From an uncultured Acidobacteriota bacterium (GTDB lineage Bacteria; Acidobacteriota; Thermoanaerobaculia; UBA5066; DATFVB01): a stretch of DNA of 64,000 bases. The position numbers and the translations under genes are program-made. The DNA lies in the NCBI GenBank assembly GCA_963813155.1, contig CAWEYG010000003.1:672001-736000 (forward strand). Direction: 5' to 3'. Positions 36,508-47,026 of this stretch are shown here, in pieces; position 1 is the stretch's first letter; every line of letters starts with the position of its first letter. The notes below the pieces were generated by a model. The model had not been told where the DNA came from. It saw only the letters and a program-made list of their open reading frames with translations, and ran no database searches.

Positions 36508-37798
36508 CTAGAGCTCCGACTTGAAGGGCCTCAGAGCCCATTCCGTCATCCGCTTCGCGAGCGTGCGGTTCTTCCACATCGCGAGCGTGTACGGGCGGCA
36601 CCGGGACAGGTCCCGCTGGAAAGACTGTTTCATCCGCCCGGCGAAATCCGTGTCGTACACGAACAGGTTCAGCTCCTCGTTCAGATGAAACGACCGGTCG
36701 TCGAAGTTCGCGGACCCCACGGTGGAGAAGATCCCGTCCACGACCATCGTCTTCAGGTGGTACATCGTCGGCTGGTACTCGAAGATCTTCACGCCTCCCG
36801 CCAGGAGCGGGCCGAGGAAGGAGCGCCCCGCGGCTTTCGTCGCCGGCACGTCGTTCTGTTCGTCGGAAGGCACGATGACCCGGACGTCCACGCCCCGCTT
36901 GACGGCCGCGACGAACAGCGTAACGGTCGAGTCGTCCGGCAGAAAGTAGGAATTCGCGATCCAGACCTCCTTCGAAGCCGCCGCGAGCGAGATCGCGTAC
37001 ACGCGCGCCGGCTCCCGACATCGCCGCGAGCGGCGACGACGGCACGACGGCGGCCGAAATCGACCCCGCCGCCGGAAGCGCGGGAAAAAAGTCTTCGCCG
37101 ACGAGAGCCTCTCCCGTCGTTTCCGACCAGTTCTCCTGGAACGCCCGCTGAAGGCCCCGAACGGCGGGACCGTCCACTCGCACCTGCGTGTCGCGCCAGT
37201 GTTCGGGCGAGTCGGCGCTCCCGAGCCACGGGTCGGCGAACCCCGCCCCTCCCGTGAACCCGACCGCGCCGTCCACCACGAGGACGCGGCGGTGGCTGCG
37301 ATGGTTGACGACCCAGATCACCCAGGGTTTCGTCGAATGGAAGAACTCCACGCGGCACCCGGCTCGTCGCAGGATTTCGACGTCGGTCGCCTTCAGCCGC
37401 CTGCCGGGAGATCCGACCGCGTCGAGCAGAACCCGCACCGCGACGCCGTGCGCGGCCCGTTCGGCGAGCGCGTCGCGGAAACGCGCGCCCACTTCGCCCG
37501 ACCAGAAGATATAGGCCTCGAAGTTGACCGTCCGGCGGGCCGAAGCGATCGCGGCGAGCATCGCGGGAAAGATCGCGTCGCCGTTCTCGAGAATCTCGAT
37601 CCGGTTGCCGGACGTCATCGTCGGGCCGGGCAGGGCGGACGGCAGAAACGTCGGCGAGGTGACCTTGAAATCGTGCGGCAGGTCGTAGACGGTCTCTTTC
37701 GGGGCGCTCGATTTCGCGATGCTGACGGCCAGCGCGTAGCCGGCGGCCACGAGGACGAGAAAGATCACGAAGTGGTGCCGGGGCCTGCGGTTTCTCAC
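36508..37798 (-). CDS. Cardiolipin synthase-like phospholipase D, frameshift near 37005
   Basis: GTG 37798 after GGAGGA; N-terminal TM; NGDAIFP, VLLDAVGS, HRRVLVVDG (first HKD with K to R), WRDT, NSYF.P, HLKTMVVD...GSANFD.RS. Confidence 0.88.
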
Positions 37799-39789
37799 GG
37801 AGTCCTCCCCTCCAGCATCCCCATCGCTTCGAGGACGCGCGGTTGGTCCGGGCCGGAGCGCGAGCGAACGGCGGAAGAGCTCGAGGGCGCGATCCTTCCG
37901 GCCCATGCACGTGTGGAGCAGAGCCAGCAGGTTCAGAGTCTCCGGCTGCGTCGTCGCCGGCTCGAATCGGCCGATCGCGTCGAGCGCGCCGCCGCAATCC
38001 TTCCCCCGAAACCGGAATTCCGCGAGCGCGCGGGCGAGATCCTCGCGGCCGGGAAACGACGCGGCCGCGCGCTCCAGCAGGGCCTTTTCCGGACCCGGCT
38101 TGCCGGCGGCACGGTACTCGGCGGCCCAGCCGAGGACGGTGCCCGCGGGGTCCGCGTGTCCCGCCGAAAGCGCGCGGAAAAGCCAGTCTCGCGCGCGGTC
38201 GTCCTGCCCCTTCCTCCTGTACAGCACGGCGAGGTTGAAAATCGGCGACGGATAGTCGGGACGCATCGCGAGGGCGCGTTGAAAGTCCCTCTCGGCCCCG
38301 GCGAGGTCGCCGGAGACTTCCCGCTCGTAGAGGCCGAGGTTGTTGTACGCGCTCTCGGTCCGGCCCGGCCTCCCCCCGGAAGAGGGAAGGGGCCGCCGAA
38401 CGCGTGTCGCCCCCGGACAGGTACCCGAGCGATCGGAGCTTTTCCGCGTACTCGGCGGCGCTCGCGGCCGGGATCGGCGCCGCCGCGGCGCGGCGCACGG
38501 CGGGATCCGCCGAAGTCGCCGCGCGGGGAGGCGCTTTCAGATCGCGAAAGACGGGAATCGCCTTTCCCGTCATTCTCGCGGCGGGCGGAACGTCGAGCAG
38601 AGCGAGCACGGTCGGAGCGAGGTCGAACACGCTCGGGTGAGCGACGGCGCGGCCCGGGATGACCCGCGCCCCCCACGCCGCGAAGACGCCGTCGATCCGG
38701 TGCCAGAAGGCCGCCGTCGAAGACTCGAGCGAGGAGCGCTCGCACGTCCGGTCGCTCCCCCATTTGAAGCCGTGGTCGGAATTCACGATCAGGGTCGCGC
38801 CGTCCTCGCGGGCGCGGCGCATCCACTGGCCGAGAATGCGGTCGACCGCGCCGAAGTAGGTCTCGGCCGCCCGGCGGTCCCGGCGGAACCCGTCGTCGGA
38901 CGCGCACGGAAGGCGCGGCGGCGTCTCCGCGGCGAAGACGTGGCCGATCTCGTCGGTCCCCTCGAAATACACCGCGAGCAGGTCCGGGTGTTCGCGGTCG
39001 TACAGATCCCGGGCGATCCGCTGCGTGATGCGGGTCGCTCCCACGATCCGCGCGAGCGCGACGACCGGGTCTTCCCTGCCGCGGCCGCTCGAAAGCGCGC
39101 GGGAGATTTCGTCCGGAGGCGCGTCGAGGTAGGGCCGGAGATCCTCTCGCGTTCACGGCGCCGTCCCGCGCGCGAATCGAGCCGACCATCGCGTCGAGCG
39201 CGGGAGGGTACGCGACGCCGGCCGAGACCGGGGACTCGTGGAGAATCGGGCTCGCGCGGTCCGAGACGAAGAAGCCGTCGACGACCTCCGCGGGGTACGT
39301 CGCCCACCAGCCCACGACCCCGACCTTCGCGCCCGCCGCCGACGCGAAGTTCCAGACCGCCGGAACCGAGCGCGAAAGGCCCGAGATCGGAACTCTCGAA
39401 CCGGTCGCGGGGTCGATTTCCTGGAAATCGAGGACGCCGTGGACGTCGGGCCCGGCCCCCGTCGCGATCGTGGTCCAGACGGCCGGCGAGATCATCGGCA
39501 CGAAGCTCGCGAGTTTCGCGCTCGCGCCCTCCGCGACGAGCTTCGTCCAGTTCGGGACCTTCCCCTCCGCCGAAAGCCGGTCCATGAAATCGGGGTCGAG
39601 CCCGTCGAGCCCGATCCAGATCACCGGCGTTCGGCCGCCGGCCGGCCGGGAGGAGCGCGCCGCAGTGTCGGCGTCCTCGACGGCGGCGGGGCGTTCAGGC
39701 TGCGAGCCGCTCCCTCTCGAGTCGTTTCGACACGACAGGAAGCCGAGAGCCGCGCACACCCACAGAGAGAATCGAAGCGCTTTCGCCAT
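37795..39789 (-). CDS. Alkaline-phosphatase-superfamily (type I phosphodiesterase-like) lipoprotein with C-terminal TPRs; about 3 frameshifts (near 39145, 38370, 37850)
   Basis: FLSC lipobox; IGLDGLD, SPAVWTTIATG..P..HG, GTDEIGH, NSDHGF, DLAPTVL, EKLRSLGYL, then TPR-like helices. Pieces lie in ORFs 37933, 36789 and 36116. Confidence 0.8.
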
Positions 39790-39823
39790 GGAGAAGCGTC
39801 GATTCTACGCGGTCCTCTCGCTC

Positions 39824-42300
39824 TCAGTGCGGAATGACGGCTTCGCCCTTTCCCGGGCTGTCCGGCTCGAACAGGAGCCGGCCCGACTGGAACGAGGCGC
39901 CTCGAAGCGTGAGCGCGAGAGCCTCGCCCAGGTCGCGCACGGGGTGCGCCTGGATCGAGCTTCGAACTTCGTCCGGCAGGTCGGAGAGATCCGGCTCGTT
40001 CTCCTTCGGAAGCACGATCGTCGAAATCCCGGCCCGCACGGCTCCGAGGATCTTCTCCTTCAGCCCGCCGATCGGCAGGACGCGCCCCGAGAGCGTGATC
40101 TCGCCCGTCATCGCGATGTCGTTGCGCACGGGCCGGTGCGAGAGCGCCGAGACGACCGCCGTCGCCATCGTGATGCCGGCCGAGGGACCGTCCTTCGGGA
40201 TCGCCCCCGCGGGGACGTGGATGTGGAGGTCGCGGTCGAACGCTTCCTCCTCGATGCCGAGCAGGGCCGCGTGCGAGCGGGCGTACGTCCACGCCGCCCG
40301 GGCGGATTCCTTCATCACGTCGCCGAGCTGCCCGGTCAGGACGAGCTCGCCCTTGCCGCGCATCGGGGACGCCTCGACGAACATGATGTCGCCGCCGGCG
40401 GGCGTGTAGTACATGCCCGTCGCGACTCCGATCTGGTCCGTCCCCGCCATCCGCTCCGGATGAATCTTCGCCCGCCCGAGCAGCTCCGGAACGTCCTTGT
40501 GCTGCACGACCGCCGACGAAATCTCCCCGCGCCGCGATCTTGCGCGCGAGCTTGCGGGCGAGCTTCCCGAGCGTTCGCTCGAGCTGCCTCACGCCCGACT
40601 CCCGCGTGTAGCCGGTGATCATCTCCGCCAGCGCGTCGTCGGAAATCTCGAGCTGCCCGGCCTTCAGGCCGTTCTCCTCGCGCTGCCGCGGAAGCAGGTA
40701 GCTTCGGGCGATCGCGAGCTTTTCGCGCTCCGTGTAGCCCGCGAACTCCACGACCTCCATTCGGTCGACGAGCGGGCCCGGAATGCTCTGCAGGAAGTTC
40801 GCCGTTGCGATGAAGAGCACCTCCGAAAGGTCGAACGGAACTCCGAGGTAGTGGTCCGTGAAGCTGTCGTTCTGCGCCGGGTCGAGCACCTCGAGCAGCG
40901 CGCTCGCCGGATCCCCCTGGTACGAGATGCCGAGCTTGTCGACCTCGTCGAGCAGGAAGACCGGGTTCTTCGTGCCGGCCTGCTTCATGCCGTTCAGGAT
41001 CCGCCCCGGCATCGCGCCCACGTAGGTGCGCCGGTGCCCGCGGATGTCGGCTTCGTCGCGCGCGCCTCCCAGGGAGATTCGCACGTACTTGCGGCCCATG
41101 GCGCGGGCGATCGATTTCGCGATCGACGTCTTTCCGACGCCGGGAGGGCCGGCGAACAGAAGAATTCTCCCCTTTCCGCCTCGTCCCTCGGCCGGGGCCT
41201 CGCCCGGCTCGCCCTCGGACGGCTCCGCTTTCTCGGCCTTCTCGGCTTTCTCAGCCTTCTCCGCAGAGTCCCGAAGCTGGCGAACGGCCAGAAACTCGAG
41301 GATCCGATCCTTCACGTCCTTGAGGCCGTAGTGGTCCTCGTCCAGAATCTTCGACGCGGCCTGGATGTCGAGGTGCTCGTCGCTCCGGGCGTTCCACGGC
41401 AGCTCCGCGACGTACTCGAGGTAATTTCGGATGATCTGCGATTCCATCGACTCCCGGCCGAGCCGGGTCAGCCGCGCCCACTCGCGGTCAACTTCCTTCC
41501 GGACGGGATCGGAAAGCTGCAGCGCGTCGAGCTTGTCGCGAAGCTCCTTGATTCCTTCGTCTCCGCCTTCCGCCCCTTCGCCGAGCTCCTTTTGAATCGC
41601 CTTCATCTGTTCGCGAAGGAACATCTCCCGCTGGCGTCCGCCGAGCTCTTCCTGGACCTTCGACTTGATGTCCTCCTGGGCGTCGAGGACCGAGATCTGC
41701 CGCTGGACATGGACGAGCATCCGGCGGAGACGGTCTTCGACCGCCAGGGTCTCGAGAAGACCCTGCCGTTCCGCGAAGGGAATCTCGACGTACCCGGCGA
41801 CGAGGTCGGCCAGGCGGCCCGGCTCCTCCACTTCCGCGAGGATCTGATCGATGACCTCGTCGGGAAGGCCGCTCTTGCGGCCCAGCTCGGCCGCCCTCTC
41901 GCGGGCTTCGCGGTAGAGAGCCACGAACGCCGCGTCGTTCGGGATCGATCGGCAGCATCTCTGCCGCGTCGAGAACGGCGGCCTCGAGGTAGCCGTCCCG
42001 GGTCGAAAACCTCGCCGCGATTCCCCGCCGCTTTCCCTGGAGCAGAAGCCGCGTGCCGCCGAGACCTCGCTGGATCGCGCCGATCGAGGCGACGGTCCCG
42101 ATCGTGTAGAGCGTCTCGGGGGAGACTTTCTCGATGTCCTGGCGCTGCGAGATCGCGAAGACGAGCCGGTCCGGCGACGCTGCGGCCGCCTCGATCGCGC
42201 GGAGCGTTCCCGGACGACCCGCGGCAATGGGAATACTCACCCCGGGGAAGAGCACCGCCGCCCTCAGCGGAACGACGGGAAGGTTCACCGTTTCGACCAT
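39824..42300 (-). CDS. lon: ATP-dependent protease La (Lon), frameshifts near 41942 and 40527
   Basis: LPVVPLR..VLFPG N-domain; GPPGVGKTS Walker A; RGHRRTYVGAMPG; LLDEVDK; PKDGPSAG catalytic Ser; GGLKEK. AGGAGG SD before ATG 42300. Confidence 0.95.
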
Positions 42301-42381
42301 CGAAGTCCTCCTGTCAATATCTACACCGACATTCGACATCCGAAACATTGATAGTAGCGCCATTATTTCTTCAACGGAAGA

Positions 42382-42404
42382 ATCTGAGCTTAAACAGCTT
42401 AGAT
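42382..42404. promoter_or_regulatory. HAIR-like (HspR-type) inverted repeat upstream of lon
   Basis: ATCTGAGC-N7-GCTTAGAT, compared with the HAIR consensus CTTGAGT-N7-ACTCAAG. Confidence 0.5.
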
Positions 42405-42412
42405 ATGACAGT

Positions 42413-42538
42413 GTGCGGTTTTGGGATTTTGGCGTCCCACAAGCGCACGTTCCCGGGGTCTCCTGCGTTCTCCCATCGCTGTCAACTCATTGATAAATCA
42501 AGTGTTGGTCGAAGAGCCGTCCGTGGCACGGACTTTGA
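42413..42538 (+). promoter_or_regulatory. Sigma54-type promoter with IHF site and upstream inverted repeat (putative enhancer)
   Basis: -24/-12: TGGCACG-GACT-TTGA (42524-42538). IHF consensus WATCAAN4TTR on the minus strand (TATCAATGAGTTG, 42483-42495). IR GTGCG..TGGGA / TCCCA..CGCAC at about 42413-42448. Confidence 0.7.
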
Positions 42539-42562
42539 GCTACAGGCTGCCCGAGAGAACGA

Positions 42563-43810
42563 ATGGACATCGCACGCGATACCCGAAAGCCGAAACGCCG
42601 GCGGATCATCCTCGGAATTTCCGGGGTCCTGGCCGTACTGCTCGTCACGCTCGGCCTGAGCCGGCTCAAGCCCGCCGCCCCGTCGGTTGACCGCGGAACG
42701 CTCTGGATCGATGCCGTCAAACGCGGCGAGATGCTCCGCGAGGTGCGAGGAACTGGAACGCTCCTGCCCGAAGTGGTGCGCTGGATCCCCGCGGCCACAG
42801 AAGGGCGGGTGGAACGGATCCTCGTCTACCCCGGAACCGAAGTGAAGCCGGACACCGTGATCCTCGAGCTCTCCAACCCGGACGTCATGCTGGCCTCGCA
42901 GGACGCCGCGCTGCAGCTCAAGAGCGCGGAAGCCGATTTCGTGAGCCAGCGCGTGAGCATCGAGGGGAAGCAGATGGACCAGCAGTCGACGCTCGCCTCG
43001 CTGGAGGCCGACTACAACCAGGCTTCGCGGGAATCCGCGATGAATGAAAAACTTTTCCAGGACGGGCTCGTCTCCAGTTTAGTGCTGCAGAACTCGCGCG
43101 GGAAAGCGGAGGAGCTCTCGAAGCGTCTCGACATCGAGCGGCGGAGGCTCGCCATGAGCGGAGATTCCGTCCAGGCGCAGCTCGCGGCGCAGCGGACTCA
43201 GGTCGAAAAGGTCCAGGCGCTCGTCGCGGTCCGCCGGGAGCAGGCCGGCGCCCTGAAGGTCCGGGCGGGCATCCGGGGGGTCCTCCAGCAGGTTCCCGTC
43301 GAAGTGGGCCAGCGCGTCGCCCCGGGCGCGACGCTCGCGAAGGTCGCCCAGCCGGAGAAGCTCAAGGCGGAGTTGAAGATCGCGGAGACCCAGGCCAAGG
43401 ACATCCTGCCCGGCCAGCTCGCCTCGATCGACACGCGCAACGGCATCGTGCCGGGCAAGGTCTTCCGCATCGACCCGGCCGTTCAGAACGGAACCGTCAC
43501 GGTCGACGTCGCCCTCCTCGGAGACCTCCCGAAGGGCGCCCGGCCCGACCTGACGGTCGACGGAACGATCGAGCTCGAGAGGCTCGAGAAGATCCTCTTC
43601 ATCGGGCGCCCGGCCTTCGGCCAGGAGCGCAGCACCGTGGGAATGTTCCGGCTCGATCCGAACGAGAAATTCGCCGTTCGCGTCCCCGTCCAGCTCGGGC
43701 GGGGCTCGGTCAACACGGTCGAGGTGGTCGGCGGTCTCAAGGAGGGAGAGAAGGCGATTCTCTCCGATATGTCGCGTTGGGACGGTTTCGACCGAATTCG
43801 ACTGGAGTGA
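42563..43810 (+). CDS. HlyD/MacA-like periplasmic adaptor (membrane fusion protein)
   Basis: N-terminal TM; V.RG.M.REVRG.GTL.P, coiled-coil hairpin, G.V.RIDPAVQNGTVTVDV, RPDLTVDG, GLKEGEK. Confidence 0.92.
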   Translation: MDIARDTRKPKRRRIILGISGVLAVLLVTLGLSRLKPAAPSVDRGTLWIDAVKRGEMLREVRGTGTLLPEVVRWIPAATEGRVERILVYPGTEVKPDTVILELSNPDVMLASQDAALQLKSAEADFVSQRVSIEGKQMDQQSTLASLEADYNQASRESAMNEKLFQDGLVSSLVLQNSRGKAEELSKRLDIERRRLAMSGDSVQAQLAAQRTQVEKVQALVAVRREQAGALKVRAGIRGVLQQVPVEVGQRVAPGATLAKVAQPEKLKAELKIAETQAKDILPGQLASIDTRNGIVPGKVFRIDPAVQNGTVTVDVALLGDLPKGARPDLTVDGTIELERLEKILFIGRPAFGQERSTVGMFRLDPNEKFAVRVPVQLGRGSVNTVEVVGGLKEGEKAILSDMSRWDGFDRIRLE

Positions 43811-43821
43811 AAGGAAGCGGG

Positions 43822-44538
43822 ATGAACGACACCTCGAAGGCCATGGAAGACCGGTTGATCCAGATGGTGGGTATCCAGAAAGTCTTCTACACGGAAGAAG
43901 TGGAGACCCACGCCCTCTCGGAAATCCATCTGGAAATTTGCCGCGGCGAATACGTCGCGATCGCCGGCCCGTCGGGCTCGGGAAAGTCGACGCTCCTCGC
44001 GATCATGGGCCTGCTCGACACTCCGACCGGCGGCCAGTACATCCTCGCGGGAAAGCCCGTCGAGGACATCGACGCCTCCGAGCGGGCGCGAATCCGGAAC
44101 CGGCAGATCGGATTCATCTTCCAGAGCTTCAACCTGATCGGCGACCTGACGGTTTACGAGAACGTCGAGCTGCCACTGACCTACCGCGGCATGTCGTCGG
44201 CGGACCGCCGGACCCGCGTGCACGAGTCGCTCGAGCGTGTCGGGATGAGCCACCGCACGAAGCACTATCCTTCGCAGCTCTCCGGCGGCCAGCAGCAGCG
44301 CGTCGCGGTCGCCCGCGCCCTCGCCGGCTCGCCATCGATTCTCCTGGCCGACGAGCCGACCGGAAACCTCGACTCCCGGAACGCCGAATCCGTCATGGAG
44401 CTCCTCCAGGAACTGCACCGGGAGGGAGCGACGATCTGTACGGTCACGCACGACCCCCGGTTCGCCCAGCACGCCGACAGGACGATCCACGTGTTCGACG
44501 GGCGAATCGTCGAAGAGACGCTCGCGGCGGAAGCCTAG
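43822..44538 (+). CDS. ABC transporter ATP-binding subunit (MacB/LolD-type)
   Basis: GPSGSGKST Walker A, GFIFQSFNL, LSGGQQQRVA signature, LLADEPTGNLD, VTHD. Start 43822 or 43843. Confidence 0.95.
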   Translation: MNDTSKAMEDRLIQMVGIQKVFYTEEVETHALSEIHLEICRGEYVAIAGPSGSGKSTLLAIMGLLDTPTGGQYILAGKPVEDIDASERARIRNRQIGFIFQSFNLIGDLTVYENVELPLTYRGMSSADRRTRVHESLERVGMSHRTKHYPSQLSGGQQQRVAVARALAGSPSILLADEPTGNLDSRNAESVMELLQELHREGATICTVTHDPRFAQHADRTIHVFDGRIVEETLAAEA

Positions 44539-44550
44539 AAAGGGGCTGCC

Positions 44551-47017
44551 ATGGAGACGGTGCGAGCCTTTCTCCGGGACCTCCGACACGCGGTCCGTGC
44601 GCTCGCCGCCCGCCCGGGTTTCACCGCCGCGGCGATCGTCTCGCTCGCGATCGGGATCGGCGCCGGGACCGCGATCTTTTCGGTCGTTTACGGCGTCCTC
44701 CTGCGGCCCCTTCCCTACCCGGGCGAAAACCGGCTCGTCGATGTCGCCGAGGTCAACGCGAAAGGACACGTCACGCGGATGGCCGACGCGAACTTTCTCG
44801 ACCTGCGCGACCGAAGCCGGACGCTCGAGGCGCTCGCCGAGTACTCGTCCGGCGTCGGAGCCGTCGCGACGCCGACCGAAGCTCTCCGAACGGACGTCGC
44901 CTCCGTTTCGGCGCAATTCTTCCGCACTCTCGGCGTCGAACCGTCGTTCGGCCGCGGCTTCGCGCCGGCCGAGCTCGTCCCGGGCGGCCCTCCGGTCGCC
45001 CTCGTCAGCGAAGAATTCTGGCGCGCTCATCTGGGCGCCGCGCGCAATCCGGGGTCGGTTCCGCTTCGCATCGACGGAGTGCCCCACACGGTCGTCGGCG
45101 TCCTGCCCGCCGGTTTCCATTTTCCCGCAGCCGCGCAGGTGTGGGTGGCGCGGGAGCGGTTCCCGTGGCTTCCGAGTCGCACCGCGCACAACGACCGGGT
45201 AATCGGCCGGAGGAAGCCCGGCGTCTCGCTGGACGCGCTGCGCGCGGACCTCTCGGCCATTGCGAAGCGCCTCGCGGCAGAATACGGCAAGGACACCAAC
45301 ATGGCCGACACGGCGGCCGTGCCGCTGCGCGAATCGATCGTCGGCCGCACCCGGCCCGCCCTTTTCCTTCTCCTGGGCGCGGCGGCGGCGCTCTTTCTGG
45401 TCGGATGCGTGGACGTCGTGGCGCTGCTCCTGGCGCGCGCGGCGTCCCGGCGACGCGAAATCGCAGTTCGACGCGCGCTCGGCGCGGGCCGCCTTGACGT
45501 CATCCGCACGTTTCTCGCCGAGGCGCTCGGTGTTTCCATCCCGGGAGGGATCCTCGGTGTGGCGATCGCCGCGGTCCTCGTGCGCTCGGTCGCCCGGTTC
45601 GCGCCTCCCGGCCTCCCGCGGGTCGCAGAGATCGCGATCGACGCTCCGGCTCTCGCCGCCGCGCTGTTTCTCTCCGTGTTCGCGGCGGGGATGCTCGCGG
45701 TCGCAACCGCGTGGAACGAGTACGGCAGCCGGCTCGCCGAAGTGCTCCGCGGGCACCAGACCACCTCCGACACCCGGACTCGCCGGGCGCAACGAACGCT
45801 CTCGGTCGGCCAGCTCGCCGTCACGACCGTCCTCCTCGCGGGTGTTTCCCTGCTCGCCCGAAGCCTCACCCGGCTGCTCGACGTTCCTTTCGGATTCCAG
45901 CCGGCTCACGTGCTGACCATGGATCTCGACCTTCCGGCCGCGGGATATCGCTACGTCCTTCCCTCGGACGAACGGTCGCAAAGGGCCGAGAAGATCGCCC
46001 GCGTCCTCGACGGCGTGAGCCGCCTCCCGGGCGTCGAAAAGGTGGGAGCGACCGACGCGCTCCCGATCGGTACCGACGCGCCCGACGGCACGTTTCTCCT
46101 TCTTCAGCCGGGACAGGCGATCACCGATCCGTCCGATTTCGAACGGCTCTTCCGGGACGCCGGCCGAACGGGATCGGCCGATTTCGCGCTCGCGACGGCC
46201 GGGTACTTTCCTTCGATGGGAATCCCTCTGCTGCGGGGACGCCTGTTCGACGCGCGCGACGGCGCAGACGCCCCTCACGTCGCCGTGATCAGCCAATCCC
46301 TGGCGAAGGCGCGCTTCGCCGACCGGGACCCCATCGGGCAGGCGATCGAGTTCGGCAACATGGACGGCGACCTGCGGCCGCTGACGATCGTCGGCGTGGT
46401 CGGCGACGTGCACGAGAGCCGCATCGAGAACCCGCCCGAGCCCATTCTGTACGCCAACCTCGCGCAGCGCCAGAAGGGACCGACCGTGACCGTGACGATA
46501 CGCGCCGCCGGCAACCCCCTCGCGCTCGCGGCAGGCCGCGCGTCGCGTCGCTCGCGACGTGGATCCCTCCGTTCCGGCGACGATTCGGACCATGGACGAA
46601 GTGATCGCGGAGGCTGTCGCGCCCCGCCGCGTCGGGCTCCTGCTGCTTGTGGTCTTCAGCGTGGCCGCGCTCGCGCTCGCCTGCACGGGGCTCGCCGGCA
46701 TCACGGCCTACTCGATCGCCCAGCGGCAGCGCGAGATGGGAATCCGAACGGCGCTGGGGGCGCGTCCCTCCGGTCTTCTCGGGCTGCTTCTTTCCGAGCA
46801 GTCCCGGCTGGTCGCCGCCGGCGTGGCGGCGGGAGCCGTGATCGCCGCGGCGTTCGGAGGGACGGCTCGCGCGGTGCTGTTCGGAGTCGAGGCCTGGGAC
46901 CCGCTCTCGCTCGCGGCGTCCGCGGCGGTTCTCGCCGGGTGCGCGACGATCGCCGTTCTGATCCCCTCCCTGCGCCTGCTCCGGCTTCCCGCTGCGGACG
47001 CGTTGCGAATGGAATGA
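44551..47017 (+). CDS. ADOP-type duplicated MacB/FtsX ABC permease #1, frameshift near 46531
   Basis: DLRHAVR.L..RPGFT...LAIGIGA.TAIFS; RRREIAVRRALGAGR; second repeat QRQREMGIR.ALGA; ends DALRME (ORF 46559..47017). Confidence 0.9.
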
Positions 47018-47026
47018 GGTGAAAAA

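Noticed and set aside
41228-41262. Short tandem repeat in lon encoding AEKAEKAEKAE
   Set aside because: An in-frame, degenerate low-complexity linker before Walker A. Not a CRISPR or contingency locus.
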